A stretch of DNA of 64,000 nucleotides, taken from Thalassobaculaceae bacterium (lineage in GTDB: Bacteria > Pseudomonadota > Alphaproteobacteria > Thalassobaculales > Thalassobaculaceae). The notes beneath the pieces are model-generated. The model saw only the letters and a list, made by a program, of their open reading frames with translations. It made no database searches and was not told the DNA's origin. Shown one piece after another: positions 28,775 through 38,212 of the stretch (the stretch's first letter is position 1; each line of letters starts with the position of its first letter). Location: contig OZ245843.1 in assembly GCA_965228875.1 (NCBI GenBank), positions 2,214,616 through 2,278,615 on the forward strand, read 5' to 3'. Position numbers and translations under genes: made by a program.

Positions 28775-31107
28775 GCAAGGCGGCACTCCTCGCCGGCACC
28801 GCAATCGGCCGCTTCGTCGAGGCGGCCGGGGCGGTACCCCCGCTTGGCATCATCGGTGCCGACGCGGTGCGGGAGGCGTTCGAGGGGGATCTGAACCAAC
28901 TGCGCGACCTGCTGCAGAGCGCGATCAAGAACCTCCTCGAGCTGACCGGCGACGACGATTGGTGGCCCTACGTCCACGCCCTCTTCGACGACTTCATCGT
29001 CGTCGAGATGAAGGACGGCAAGCTCAAGCGCTACAGCTACACCGTCGACGGCACCGACGTGACACTCGGCTCGCCGGTAGAGGTGCGCAAGACCTTCACG
29101 CCGGTGGACGACATGCGTGAGGCCGTCGCCATCGGCCCGTTCCTGGAAGCATCCGGCACCGAGGGCGGTCGCTATCGCATCCGCGTCATCCAGGCCGGCC
29201 CCAGCCTCAACGGCAACCTGTACCCCGACGACGTGCTGCGCGAGGCGGTGTCGCTGTTCGAGGGCGTGCGCGTCTTCGCCAAGTCCGACCAGGAGCACCT
29301 CAGCGGGGGCGGCAAGGACGTCCGCAACCTGATCGGCGCCCTGAAGAACGCCGCCTTTGTCGAAGCCGACGGCAGCACGCCGGGAGAGATCCAGGCGGAC
29401 CTGGTCCTGATCGAACCGGAGGGGCCGGTCGCGGTGAAGATCCGCGAGGCCTGGGAACGGCAGCTCACCGATCTGTTCGGCTTCTCGATCGACGCCCGGG
29501 CGAAAGCCGTCAACGCCTCGCGCGGCGGCCGGCAGTTCCGGGAGGCCCGCAAGTTCCTGTCCGTCGCCTCCGTCGACCTGATCGTCGAGCCGGGTGCGGG
29601 CGGGCAGATCCTCAACCTCCTCGAAGCGAAGGGGACAAAGATCATGGACCGCGAAGAGATCATCCGCCTGCTCGAGGCCAATGGCCTGCTGGACGGCCAG
29701 GACCCGGAGAAGCTCACCGACAGCCAATTGGAGCAGATGCTGCGCGAGGCGGTGCAGGAACGCACCCCGGAGCCCGCCAACGCGCCAGACCCGGCCACCA
29801 CGACGGCCGGCGGCGACCAGGCGGTGACGCGCGAGGACCTACGCATGATCGAGGCTCGGGCCGATGCCCGTGCGACGATCAACGCCAGCTCGCTGCCGCA
29901 GCCGGCGCGCGACCGCCTGCTGTCCCGCTTCCGCGAGGCCGAGCGGTTCACCGAGGCCGACGTGACCACGGCGATCGAGAGCGAGGCCAACTACCTCGCC
30001 CAGTTCACCGGCGGCGGTCAGGTCTCCGGGCTCGGCGACGGCGTGCGCGTGCAGCTGCTCGAGGGCCGGTTCGAGAAGGTCGAGAACATGCTCGACGCCT
30101 TCTTCGATCGCGAACACGCCGACCACCGCCACGCGCAGAGCTTCAAGGAGTGCTACATCGCGGTCACCGGCGATAGCCGGGTGACGGGGGACATCCGCCA
30201 TTGCGACGAGTCGCTGATGCGTGAGGCCCTCAATTCGGGGAGCTTCGCCAACGTGCTCGGCGACGGCATGACCCGGCGCCTGATCCGCGACTACAGGGCG
30301 CAGACCACCTACGACGTGTGGCGCCGGATCGCCGACGTGGTCAACATCTCCGACTTCCGGACCAACGAGCGCACCCGCTACGGCGGCTACGGCGATCTGC
30401 CGGACGTCGCGGAGAGCGGGGCTTACACCGCCTTGACCTCACCGACAGACGAAAAGGCAACCTACGCGGTCACCAAGCGCGGCGGCACCGAGAAGGTGAC
30501 GCTCGAGATGATCAAGAACGACGACGTCGGCGCCATCCGCCGCATCCCGGTGGGGCTCAGCCGCTCGGCCAAGCGCACGCTGGCGAAGTTCGTGCTCGAC
30601 TTCTTCGTCGACAACCCGGTGATCTTCGACGGTACCGCGCTGTTCCACGCGAGCCATGGCAACCTGGGGGCGGCCGCCCTCGACAAGACCAGCCTCGCCG
30701 CCGGGCGCCTGGCCATGCTCAAGCAGAGCGAGAAGGACAGCGGCGATCGCCTCGGCATTGGCCCCCGCGACCTGTGGGTGCCGCCGGACCTCGAGGAGGA
30801 CGCGGTCGACCTGTTCCGGCGCAACACCGAGAACGACAAGAACTTCGTCCAGTCGCTCAGCCTCAACGTGATCCCGGTCTGGTACTGGACCGACCTGAAC
30901 GACTGGATGCTGTCGGCCGATCCGATGGACATCCCGACCATGGAGGTCGGCTTCCTCGACGGCAACGAAGAGCCGGAGCTGTTCGTGCAGGACAATCCGA
31001 CCGTCGGCTCCGTCTTCAGCAACGACGAGATCACCTACAAGGTCCGCCACATCTACGGCGGCAACCTCGTCGAGTTCCGCGGCGTCTACAAGGCCGTCGT
31101 CGCTTAA
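28771..31107 (+). CDS. Fused prohead protease-scaffold-major capsid protein (GpT-like C-terminus)
   Basis: IQAGPSLNGNLYP..VL and FGFSIDA protease-like motifs; C-terminal SDFR, EMIKNDD, DGTALFHASHGN, YKVRH capsid motifs. Confidence 0.85.
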   Translation: MSKAALLAGTAIGRFVEAAGAVPPLGIIGADAVREAFEGDLNQLRDLLQSAIKNLLELTGDDDWWPYVHALFDDFIVVEMKDGKLKRYSYTVDGTDVTLGSPVEVRKTFTPVDDMREAVAIGPFLEASGTEGGRYRIRVIQAGPSLNGNLYPDDVLREAVSLFEGVRVFAKSDQEHLSGGGKDVRNLIGALKNAAFVEADGSTPGEIQADLVLIEPEGPVAVKIREAWERQLTDLFGFSIDARAKAVNASRGGRQFREARKFLSVASVDLIVEPGAGGQILNLLEAKGTKIMDREEIIRLLEANGLLDGQDPEKLTDSQLEQMLREAVQERTPEPANAPDPATTTAGGDQAVTREDLRMIEARADARATINASSLPQPARDRLLSRFREAERFTEADVTTAIESEANYLAQFTGGGQVSGLGDGVRVQLLEGRFEKVENMLDAFFDREHADHRHAQSFKECYIAVTGDSRVTGDIRHCDESLMREALNSGSFANVLGDGMTRRLIRDYRAQTTYDVWRRIADVVNISDFRTNERTRYGGYGDLPDVAESGAYTALTSPTDEKATYAVTKRGGTEKVTLEMIKNDDVGAIRRIPVGLSRSAKRTLAKFVLDFFVDNPVIFDGTALFHASHGNLGAAALDKTSLAAGRLAMLKQSEKDSGDRLGIGPRDLWVPPDLEEDAVDLFRRNTENDKNFVQSLSLNVIPVWYWTDLNDWMLSADPMDIPTMEVGFLDGNEEPELFVQDNPTVGSVFSNDEITYKVRHIYGGNLVEFRGVYKAVVA

Positions 31108-31194
31108 TTCCCAGCGCGCCCTAGTGGCGCCGCCCGAGGCCCGGCCGGATCGCAATCGACGGCCGGGCCACCCTCCCCCGCACCCGGACACACC

Positions 31195-31848
31195 ATGGCC
31201 CTCGCCGATCACCAGACCCTTGTCGACAGTTTCACACGGGACCCTTCCGGCGAACTGGACGACACCGATCGCGACCGCGCAATCGGCTTGGCGGTGGTGC
31301 GCTACTCCACCGACCGGCCGCGCAAGGCGCTGGCCCAGGTCTCGGCCGACGCGGACCTGGTGCCGCTGCCGGCGGGATGGCAGGAGGGTTTCAGCAGCCT
31401 GGTGGAAGTCAGCCGGCCGAGCGGAACCGATGGGCCGATCGCCGCCGAGGTGATCGACACCCTCGACGGCCCGCGTCTCTACTTCTGCGAGGCCGTGAGC
31501 GGCACCGTCATCGTCCAGTTCACGGTCCTGCACACGGTCGACGACGACGCCGACACCGTGCCGATCCGCGACCGCGAGGCGGTGAGCCGCTGGGCCGCAG
31601 GCATCCTGCTCGACCAGCTGTCGTCCGCCCGCGCGGGCGACCAGGACACCACCCTTGATGCCGACAGCGTCGACCACAACAGCGTGTCGGCCGAGTACGC
31701 CAAGCGCGCCCGGGCCATGCGCCAGGCCTACTTCGATCACCTGTCGATCGACCCCAAGCGCACGGTGCCCGCCAGCGCGATCGCGGATCTCGACATCCGC
31801 GACAGCCGGGGCCGTGACCGTCTCACGCACGGGGGGCGGTATCGATGA
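31195..31848 (+). CDS. Putative head-tail adaptor protein
   Basis: Position after capsid gene; no decisive motif. Confidence 0.55.
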   Translation: MALADHQTLVDSFTRDPSGELDDTDRDRAIGLAVVRYSTDRPRKALAQVSADADLVPLPAGWQEGFSSLVEVSRPSGTDGPIAAEVIDTLDGPRLYFCEAVSGTVIVQFTVLHTVDDDADTVPIRDREAVSRWAAGILLDQLSSARAGDQDTTLDADSVDHNSVSAEYAKRARAMRQAYFDHLSIDPKRTVPASAIADLDIRDSRGRDRLTHGGRYR

Positions 31849-32363
31849 GCGAGGCCGGCGAATTCAACGTCACCTTCGTTGACCATGCGCGCTGGGCGAA
31901 AGCCTTCCGCGAGGCTCCGGAGATCGCGACGGCCGAGATGGTTGTCGCCACGATCCAGGCCTCGGCCCTGGTCGAGCGCGAGGCCGCCGAGAACACGCCC
32001 GTCGGCATCGGCGGCGGCGGTGGGCTCAAGGGAGCGTGGTCCTGGCGCGAGCCGGAGGTGATCCGCGACACCGTGATCGGCGAGGTGGGCAACCCGCTCG
32101 CCTATGCGGTCCCGGTCGAGCTGGGCAGCAAGCCGCACTTTCCGCCGATCGAACCGCTCAAGGACTGGGTTGTCCAGAAACTCGACGTCGAGGCCGAGGA
32201 GGTCGACGACGTAGCCCGGGCGATCCAACGCAAGATCGGCGCCCACGGCACCGAGGCCAAGTTCATGCTCACCAACGCCATCGTGGCGACCGAGCCCCAG
32301 GTGCAGGCGATCTACGCCGCCGCCCTCGAGCGCGTGGGCGAGCAGATCGGGGGGCGGGTATGA
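31845..32363 (+). CDS. HK97 gp10-like neck protein
   Basis: NTPVG..GGLKGAW, VGNPLAYAVPVELG, HGTEAKFML. Confidence 0.7.
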   Translation: MSEAGEFNVTFVDHARWAKAFREAPEIATAEMVVATIQASALVEREAAENTPVGIGGGGGLKGAWSWREPEVIRDTVIGEVGNPLAYAVPVELGSKPHFPPIEPLKDWVVQKLDVEAEEVDDVARAIQRKIGAHGTEAKFMLTNAIVATEPQVQAIYAAALERVGEQIGGRV

Positions 32364-32932
32364 GCCTCAATCAGATCCGCCAGAAGATCGCCGACACGAT
32401 CGCCTCCGTTCCGGCCGTCGGCACCGTCCACGCCTACGAGCGCTACACCCGCCGCAACGCCGAGTTCCAAGACCTCTACCAGGCCGAAAAGCAAATCCGA
32501 GGCTGGCACGTGCGCCGGCTGTCGACCCGCGAGGAGGTGGTCGACAGCCAGACCACGCGCCTGGTGATCCGCTGGCAGGTGAACGGCTTCATGAGCCTGG
32601 TCGACGAGCAGGCGAGCGAGCTGGCGTTCGACGATCTGGTCGAGGCGGTGCGCGCGCCGTTCCGCTCCGACGAGACCCTCGGCGGCCTGGTGGAAAGCAC
32701 CTTCGGCCAGACGGGCGAGGAGGCCGGCCTGCAGTTGGACGAGCTGGGGCCGGTGATGTTCGCCGGGGTGCTCTGCCACAAGGCCCGGCTCTCCCTCACC
32801 ACGCGGGTGCTGCTCGACCTCGAGACGGTCAGCATCGACGACTTCCTGACCGGCGGCATCACCTGGGATCTGCCCGCCCCCGATGGCGAGCCGGAAGCGA
32901 CCGACATCATCCACCCGGAGCAAGACGCATGA
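32360..32932 (+). CDS. Putative tail completion/terminator protein
   Basis: Position before sheath; ATGA couplings; FAGVLCH. Confidence 0.6.
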   Translation: MSLNQIRQKIADTIASVPAVGTVHAYERYTRRNAEFQDLYQAEKQIRGWHVRRLSTREEVVDSQTTRLVIRWQVNGFMSLVDEQASELAFDDLVEAVRAPFRSDETLGGLVESTFGQTGEEAGLQLDELGPVMFAGVLCHKARLSLTTRVLLDLETVSIDDFLTGGITWDLPAPDGEPEATDIIHPEQDA

Positions 32933-33144
32933 GCACCACGCGCGTGAAGCCCGCGGACGGCCTCAAGGTCCGCACCGAGGACAGCCGGCGCCACTTCAAG
33001 GCCGATGGCGAGACCGTCGAGCTGACGACGTACGTCCGGCGCCGACTGGCGGCAGGCGACCTGGTCGAGGCCCCCGCCACCCGGGCGAGCCAGAGCAAGG
33101 CGAAGGCCGCCGCCGTCTCCACCCCCAAGACCGCGGAGGATTGA
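32929..33144 (+). CDS. DUF2635 family protein (Mu gp38-like)
   Basis: VKPADGLKVR...YVRRRLAAGDLV directly before sheath. Confidence 0.8.
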   Translation: MSTTRVKPADGLKVRTEDSRRHFKADGETVELTTYVRRRLAAGDLVEAPATRASQSKAKAAAVSTPKTAED

Positions 33145-33147
33145 TCG

Positions 33148-34620
33148 ATGGCGATCAGCTTCAACGAGGTTCCGACCAACATCCGGGTCCCCTTCGTCTA
33201 TGCCGAATTCGACGCCTCTGGCGCGGTCACCGGCCCGGCGCTGAAGCCGGCGCGCAACCTGGTGATCGGCCAGCGTCTGGCGGCCGGAACCGTCGACGCC
33301 CTCACCCCCGTGAGGGTCACCAACGCCGCCCAGGCCAAGACCTGGTTCGGGACCGGCTCGCAGCTCGCGGCCATGCTCGCCGCCCAGCTCGACAACAACA
33401 ACCTGACCGAGACCTGGGCCGTCGCGCTCGACGACAATGGTGCAGGCAACGCCGCCACCGGGACGATCACGGTCGGCGGTGTCACCGCTTCCGGCACGGT
33501 CAACCTCTACCTCGGCGGCCAGCGGGTGCAGGTCGGCGTGTCGGCGGCCGACACGCTTGCCGACGTTGCCAGCAACCTGGTCGACGCCATCACCGCGCTC
33601 GCCGACTGCCGGATCTCGGCCGAGGTGGACGGCGGCACGTCCGAGCAGATCAACCTGACCGCCAAGAACAAGGGCGAAACCGGCAACGCCCTCGACGTGC
33701 GCCACTCCTACTACATCGGCGAGGAGCTGCCGGCCGGCCTCACTTTGACGATCGTCGCCATGTCGGGGGGGACCGCCAACCCGGATCTCTCGACCGTCTG
33801 GCCGACGCTCGGCGACGAGCCCTATACGACCTTCACCATCGGCTACACCGACGCGGCGAACCTCACCGCGATCGAGGGCGAGTTGCTCGACCGCAGCGGA
33901 CCGCTGCGCCAGATCGAGGCCCAGGCCTTCACCGGGATGACGGGAACCCACGGCGCGCTCGGCACCTTCGGCGACACCCGCAACTCCCAGCACCTGACCG
34001 TGGTCCACGGTTCCGGCTCGCCCACTCCGCCGGACGAGATCGCCGCCATGACGGCCGGCGTGGAGAGCTACCACACCAACATCGACCCGGCCCGGCCCCT
34101 TCAGACCCTTGAGCTGAAGGGCATGTTGCCGCCGGCGACGGCCGATCGGTTCACGCTGCAGGAGAACAACCTGCTGCTCTATGACGGCATCTCGACGTGG
34201 ACCGTCGATGCCGGCGGCAAGGTCCGGATCCAGCGGCTGATCACGACCTACAAGGTCAGCGCCCAGGGTGCCGAGGACATCGCCTATCTCGACATCAACA
34301 CGCTCCGGACGCTGGCCTACATCCGCTACGACTTCCGCAACTACATCCTGCGGAAGTACCCCCGCCACAAGGTGGCCGACGACGGCACCCGCTTCGGCCC
34401 GGGCCAGGCGATCATCACGCCGAAGGTCGGCAAGGCCGAGGCGGTCGCCCGCTTCACCGAGTGGGAACGGCTCGGCCTCGTCGAGGGCTTCGCGCAGTTC
34501 AAGAACGATCTGATCTGCGAGCGCAACGCCCAGGACCCCAACCGTCTCGACTGGCGCCTGTCGCCGGACCTGGTCAACCAGTTCCGCGTCGCCGGCGTGA
34601 AGATCCAGTTCCTGCTCTAG
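33148..34620 (+). CDS. Tail sheath protein (Mu gpL)
   Basis: MAISFNEVPTNIRVPFVYAEFD, FGTGSQL, DPARPLQTL, ITTYK, DPNRLD. Confidence 0.95.
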   Translation: MAISFNEVPTNIRVPFVYAEFDASGAVTGPALKPARNLVIGQRLAAGTVDALTPVRVTNAAQAKTWFGTGSQLAAMLAAQLDNNNLTETWAVALDDNGAGNAATGTITVGGVTASGTVNLYLGGQRVQVGVSAADTLADVASNLVDAITALADCRISAEVDGGTSEQINLTAKNKGETGNALDVRHSYYIGEELPAGLTLTIVAMSGGTANPDLSTVWPTLGDEPYTTFTIGYTDAANLTAIEGELLDRSGPLRQIEAQAFTGMTGTHGALGTFGDTRNSQHLTVVHGSGSPTPPDEIAAMTAGVESYHTNIDPARPLQTLELKGMLPPATADRFTLQENNLLLYDGISTWTVDAGGKVRIQRLITTYKVSAQGAEDIAYLDINTLRTLAYIRYDFRNYILRKYPRHKVADDGTRFGPGQAIITPKVGKAEAVARFTEWERLGLVEGFAQFKNDLICERNAQDPNRLDWRLSPDLVNQFRVAGVKIQFLL

Positions 34621-34629
34621 GAGGCACGC

Positions 34630-34998
34630 ATGGCGAACCCCAACCGGATCGCCGGGACCTTGTTCTTCAAGGTCGACGGCGCTCAGTACAAGGCCAAGGG
34701 CAACTTCGAGTACGACCTTGGCGCGCCCAAGCGCGAGGCGATCACCGGGCCGGACAGCGTCCACGGCTACAAGGAGATGCCGAAGGTCCCCTACATCACC
34801 GGCGCCATCACCAATGACGCCACTGTCGATCTCGCCACGCTGTTCGAGCTGGACGGCGTGACGGTCACCCTCGAGCAGGCCAACGGCAAGACCGTGGTGC
34901 TCGAGAACGCCTGGTACGCCGGCGACGGCAAGGGCACCACCGAGGAGGCCGAGGTCGATATCCGCTTCGAAGGCCTCAGCGCGAAGGAGATCAGCTGA
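34630..34998 (+). CDS. Tail tube protein (Mu gpM)
   Basis: IAGTLFFKVDG, HGYKEMP, ANGK, RFEG. Confidence 0.92.
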   Translation: MANPNRIAGTLFFKVDGAQYKAKGNFEYDLGAPKREAITGPDSVHGYKEMPKVPYITGAITNDATVDLATLFELDGVTVTLEQANGKTVVLENAWYAGDGKGTTEEAEVDIRFEGLSAKEIS

Positions 34999-35297
34999 TG
35001 GCTGGCTCGATCTCCCTCACCAAGCCGATCGAGATGAAGGACGACAAGGGCAACGTCGTCCAGACCATCGACGCGCTGACCTTCGGCGAGCCGACGCTGG
35101 CGACGATCGAGGATCTCGAGCTGGTCATCCAGGACGGCGGCGTGCGGATCAAGCTCGGCTCACTGATCCCGGTGATCTCGGATCTCGCCGGCATCCCGCA
35201 GTCGGCGGCCCGCAAGATCGCGCTCGCCGATCTCGTCGCGATCGGCAAGGAGCTGGCGGGTTTTTTGCCGCCGTCCCTCCTAACTGGCGACACATGA
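34998..35297 (+). CDS. Tail assembly chaperone
   Basis: Between tube and tape measure; slippery GGGTTTT near 3' end. Confidence 0.82.
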   Translation: MAGSISLTKPIEMKDDKGNVVQTIDALTFGEPTLATIEDLELVIQDGGVRIKLGSLIPVISDLAGIPQSAARKIALADLVAIGKELAGFLPPSLLTGDT

Positions 35298-35422
35298 GCG
35301 AGGAGGTGGCGTTCGTCTTCCACTTCCCGCCCTCGGAGCTTGACCGCCTGACGATCCCCAAGCTCCGACGCTGGCACGAAGCCGCGCGCCGCATCCACAA
35401 ACAGGTCCATTCCCACCCCTAG
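35258..35422 (+). CDS. -1 frameshift extension of tail chaperone (GpE'-like)
   Basis: G GGT TTT heptamer; -1 frame FFAAVPPNWRHMSEEVAFVFHFPPSELDRL...W to TAG 35422. Confidence 0.78.
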   Translation, partial: GFFAAVPPNWRHMSEEVAFVFHFPPSELDRLTIPKLRRWHEAARRIHKQVHSHP

Positions 35423-35437
35423 GAGAGCCCCCCTCCG

Positions 35438-38041
35438 ATGGCCGGCAAGGAATTCAATCTCCGTCTGATCTTCCAGGTCCTCGACCGGGCGACGGCCCCG
35501 ATGCGCAAGGTCGGGGCGGCGATCAACCGCGTGGGCAAGGCAACGGGATTGGACAAGGTCGCCCAGGCCAGCGGGGCGCTCTTCACCGGGCTCGGCCGGG
35601 TGGGCCGAGAGGCCGTTGCTTTCGGCGCCCGGATGACCGCCGCCACGGCCGCCGCGGGCGGCGCGCTCTTCGCTCTGGTCAAGCGCTTCACCGGCGGGGC
35701 CGATCGGCTGGCGAAGACCGCCGACAAGCTGGGTCTGCCGGTGAAGACCCTGCAGCAGCTCCGATACGCGGCCGGTCTCGCCGGGGTTGAGCAGGGCAAG
35801 CTCGACATCGCGACCCAGCGATTTACCAGGCGCGTGGCGGAAGCCGCTGCCGGTACCGGCGTTGCCAAGGACGCGCTCGCGGCCCTCGGCATTCAGCTCA
35901 AGGACGGCAACGGCAACATCCGCTCAACCGAGGAGCTGCTCTTCGACGTCGCCGACAAGATGGCGGCGATCGAGGATCCGGCCAAACGCGTCCGCCTCGC
36001 CTTCACGCTGTTCGACAGCGAAGGCGTCGACATGGTCAACATGCTCTCCAAGGGCAGTGCGGCCATGCGGGAGACCTTCGCCGAGGCCGTGAAGCTCGGT
36101 GTCGTCACCGAGCAGGACGCCCGCAAGAGCGAGCAGTTCAACGACGAGCTGACCAAGCTGTTCCGCGTGATCGGCAATGTCGGCGACATCATCGCCGCGC
36201 ACCTGCTCCCGTCGATGCAGCAAGGCGTTGTCTGGCTGCGGAACTTCGTGATCGAGATGCGCCCCGCCGCGGTCGAGAAGATGTCGGCCGCCATCGAGGA
36301 GATCTCCGCGATCGTCGCGTTGACGGCCGCCACCTGGTCGGACTGGACGGGTCACCTCGATACCTGGATGCAGGCGGCGATCCTGATCTCTCCCATGATC
36401 ACCGCCATCGTCGCGCGTGCGACGGGCTTCATTCGGTCGATGGGCATGACGCGGATCGTGATCGGTCTCGTAGCCACCGCCCTCGGCGCCAAACTGCTGT
36501 TCGCGATCGCCGCGCTGTTCGCTCCCCTCACCAAGGTTGTGCTCGCGCTCGTGGGCGTGACGGTCAAGATGACGGTGCTCGCCTCCAAAGGCGTGGCGGC
36601 GATGATCGCCGGCCTGGTCAAGTTCCTGCCGATGATCGGTTCAATGGTGGCCGCGACCTGGGCCTGGACCGCCGCCCTGCTCGCCAACCCGCTTACCTGG
36701 ATCGCCATTGGCATCCTGGTCGCAATCGCCGCGATCGTCGGCGGGATGTACCTGCTGATCCGTCACTGGGACACGGTCACCACGTTCTTCAGAGACAGTT
36801 GGAACACGGTTAAAGCCGCCTTCACGGACGCCTGGGCCGGGATCGTCAGCGATCTGACCGCCATCTGGTCAAGGATCACCGCGGCATTCGAGGATGGGCC
36901 GGTCTCCGGCATCCTGCAGCTGCTCGCGACATTCAGTCCGGTGACCCTCTTCGCCAGAGCGATCGACGCGATCATCGAGCACCTGACCGGCGTCTCTCTG
37001 CTCGAGGAAGGCGGCAGGCTGATCGACGGTCTACGCGCCGGGATCGTCACCCGGGCGCAGACCGTCCTCGCCTACGTCCGGGAGTTGGTATCGCAGATCG
37101 TCGATTTGGTCGGCGGCATTGACCTGGTCGCCGCCGGTGGGCGGATCGTCGCGGGCTTGCGATCCGGCATCGCGCAGGGCGCGACCAGCATCACCGACCG
37201 CATTGCTACCCTGGCGACCGGCATCCTGGACGGGTTCGCCGGCATCGACATGGTCACCGCCGGCGGGCGGATCATCGCGGGCTTGCGATCCGGCATCGCG
37301 CGGGCCGCGACCAGCATCACCGACCGCATCGCTACGCTGGCGACCGGCATCCTGGACGGGTTCGCCGGCATCGACCTGGTCACCGCCGGTGGGCGGATCA
37401 TCGTGGGCTTGCGCTCCGGCATCGCACGGGCCGCGACCAGCATCACCGACCGCATCGCCGCGCTGGCGGCCGAGATCCTCGACGTGATCGGCGGCGTCGA
37501 CCTCCTCGCCGCCGGCGGCGCGATCATGGGCGGGCTGCTGGGTGGTCTGATCGGCGGCCTACCCGGCGTGAGCACCTGGCTCAGCGCCGCCGCCTCGGGC
37601 CTGACGGCCAACATTCCGGCCGACGCCTTGACGACCGCCGGCGGCGCGCTCGTCGGCGGCATGCTGACCGGGATCAAGGGCGCCTGGGGTGACGTTATCG
37701 AGTGGCTCAACGGCGCGATCGACGGTCTGGATGTCTGGCTCGAAGGCCGGCTCGACGAGCTGCTCGGTTGGATCCGCCGCAAGGTAGATCAGGCGACCGA
37801 CTTCCTGCCGGACTGGATCAAGGACGAGATCGGTTTGCCCGTCGGTGGCGGCGATGCGGCTGGCAATTCCGCCTTGACGGCACCGGTGCCGTCAGCGCTC
37901 GGCCCGGGCTCTCAGGAGATCGGCGGCGAGATCCGTGTCCGCTTCGACAACGCCCCACAGAACATGCGCGTAACCGAAAAGCGTTCCAGGAACCGGGGCA
38001 TCAGCCTTGGCGTCGACGCCGGCTACGCGATGGGCCAGTGA
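35438..38041 (+). CDS. Tape measure protein
   Basis: DRATAPMR N-terminus, long Ala/Gly-rich helical protein, ANPLTW, internal repeats. Confidence 0.92.
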   Translation: MAGKEFNLRLIFQVLDRATAPMRKVGAAINRVGKATGLDKVAQASGALFTGLGRVGREAVAFGARMTAATAAAGGALFALVKRFTGGADRLAKTADKLGLPVKTLQQLRYAAGLAGVEQGKLDIATQRFTRRVAEAAAGTGVAKDALAALGIQLKDGNGNIRSTEELLFDVADKMAAIEDPAKRVRLAFTLFDSEGVDMVNMLSKGSAAMRETFAEAVKLGVVTEQDARKSEQFNDELTKLFRVIGNVGDIIAAHLLPSMQQGVVWLRNFVIEMRPAAVEKMSAAIEEISAIVALTAATWSDWTGHLDTWMQAAILISPMITAIVARATGFIRSMGMTRIVIGLVATALGAKLLFAIAALFAPLTKVVLALVGVTVKMTVLASKGVAAMIAGLVKFLPMIGSMVAATWAWTAALLANPLTWIAIGILVAIAAIVGGMYLLIRHWDTVTTFFRDSWNTVKAAFTDAWAGIVSDLTAIWSRITAAFEDGPVSGILQLLATFSPVTLFARAIDAIIEHLTGVSLLEEGGRLIDGLRAGIVTRAQTVLAYVRELVSQIVDLVGGIDLVAAGGRIVAGLRSGIAQGATSITDRIATLATGILDGFAGIDMVTAGGRIIAGLRSGIARAATSITDRIATLATGILDGFAGIDLVTAGGRIIVGLRSGIARAATSITDRIAALAAEILDVIGGVDLLAAGGAIMGGLLGGLIGGLPGVSTWLSAAASGLTANIPADALTTAGGALVGGMLTGIKGAWGDVIEWLNGAIDGLDVWLEGRLDELLGWIRRKVDQATDFLPDWIKDEIGLPVGGGDAAGNSALTAPVPSALGPGSQEIGGEIRVRFDNAPQNMRVTEKRSRNRGISLGVDAGYAMGQ
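37115..37492 (+). repeat. 126-bp tandem repeat x3 within tape measure gene
   Basis: Units start 37115, 37241, 37367; degenerate units on either side. Confidence 0.92.
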
Positions 38042-38198
38042 GCAGGTCGAGCACGATGATCGCGAACAGCACATCGAAGGCCAAGAAGGTGCCCCAGAAC
38101 CCGGCATCGAACGCCCAGGCGAAGAGGGCGGCACCAAGCGCAGCGCCGCCGGCGGCTTGGGCGATCGTAGTCCAGGGCGTTGGCCTCAACATTTCCAA
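38001..38198 (-). CDS. Small two-TM membrane protein antisense to tail operon
   Basis: Two hydrophobic segments plus RSRRRR tail; fills gap between tape measure and gpN. Confidence 0.55.
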   Translation of the reverse strand: MEMLRPTPWTTIAQAAGGAALGAALFAWAFDAGFWGTFLAFDVLFAIIVLDLLTGPSRSRRRRQG

Positions 38199-38212
38199 GA
38201 CGTGGGGTTGCG

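Noticed and set aside
37115..37492. Repeat array as CRISPR or DGR template/variable repeats
   Set aside because: Contiguous in-frame coding repeats without spacers; no cas or reverse transcriptase gene in the window
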